A stretch of DNA of 59,097 nucleotides, counting the filler, from Sphacelaria rigidula (taxonomy: Eukaryota): the NCBI GenBank assembly GCA_964200075.2. It is 8 parts of 8 records of this genome, joined end to end, with 100 filler letters (N's around TTAATTAATTAA, not from the genome) between each part and the next. Parts side by side here need not be neighbours in the genome. Positions count along the whole stretch, not along the records: positions 51,799 to 59,097 come from CAXNAA020015558.1; 7 more parts are not named here. The stretch is one strand, 5' to 3'. A program made the position numbers and the translations under genes. This document shows positions 58,625 to 59,097 of this stretch, in pieces (positions within the stretch are counted from its first letter, which is position 1; each line of letters opens with the position of its first letter). Under the pieces are notes generated by a model. That model worked only from the letters and a program-made list of their open reading frames with translations, did not search any database and was not told where the DNA came from.

Positions 58625-58928
58625 GCACATTTTCAACTCCTCACCTTTATCTGGTCTCGAGGGATCAATTAAGCCATCTAGAATATCTCTCCCTGGTACA
58701 CGTCACGTATTCGATCAGCATCCCGCACCGCGTCGATTCTCGCCAAACAAAAATCCGTCGGAACAACCCCTGTTTTGGCTACTCACATACGTCTCGACGT
58801 TCTCAAGAACGAAAATCAGACACTTGCGAAATAAAACCCCGCGTGCGTCTGGCAGGACTCGAACCCACTTTTTTACCATCCTAATGGTGTCAGTTGTACC
58901 ATTCTAATTCAGATCCCCGGGGCGCGAC
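58625..58928 (-). mobile_element. tRNA-derived SINE family D
   Basis: ATGGTACAACTGACACCATTAG...GGGTTCGAGTCCTGCCAGA...GACGCGGTGCGGGA. Confidence 0.7.
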
Positions 58929-58999
58929 GACAAACGCTGCTGTATATACATGTGTGTGTGTTTGACTGTAAATATGTGATGGTGGTACATGGAAAAGGA

Positions 59000-59097
59000 G
59001 GGGGGGGCGGGGGGGGGCGGGGGATGTTACTCATGATCATGCATGCCGTAGTCATCAGACCATTGACCTCGCATCCCTACAAAGCCGGGACGGAGCA
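59000..59097 (-). mobile_element. Family B 3' tail, cut by the contig end
   Basis: Minus strand TGCTCCGTCCCGGCTTTGTAGGGATGCGAGGTCAATGGTCTGATGACTACGGCATGC...ATGAGTA then C-rich tract. Confidence 0.88.

Noticed and set aside
1-59097. Prokaryotic operon, defence system or integrated giant-virus segment
   Set aside because: No long intronless gene-dense stretch; recognisable genes are spliced, and most listed ORFs are shadows of repeats

Overview
Repeat-rich eukaryotic nuclear DNA, most likely from a brown alga or related ochrophyte. That call rests on short exons in multi-kb introns and one gene with a bipartite signal-plus-transit plastid presequence. The window is not one locus. It is eight contigs of 7300 or 7299 bp joined by identical 100-nt N44-TTAATTAATTAA-N44 linkers, so adjacency across linkers means nothing. 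Supported content: (1) a decayed Ty3/gypsy element (minus strand, contig 1); (2) a decayed Ty1/copia pol with an internal ~1 kb inversion (contig 2); (3) an intact tRNA-His(GTG); (4) three exons of a stand-alone PolI-type 5'-3' exonuclease (contig 4); (5) two exons of a plastid-targeted PDZ-like protein (contig 8); (6) many MITEs (Sola-like, piggyBac-like, CMC-like, Harbinger-like, and one carrying TTAGGG repeats) and several tRNA-derived SINE families. The most interesting signal is a retroposon pair: a LINE 3' end (family A) and a ~570-bp apparently non-coding element (family B). They share a ~70-nt foldable 3' tail, end in oligo-C rather than poly-A, and sit in C/G tracts; one copy has a perfect 18-bp target-site duplication. 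Family letters are my own labels. All calls were made by eye without database searches, so repeat boundaries are approximate and novelty is unverified.
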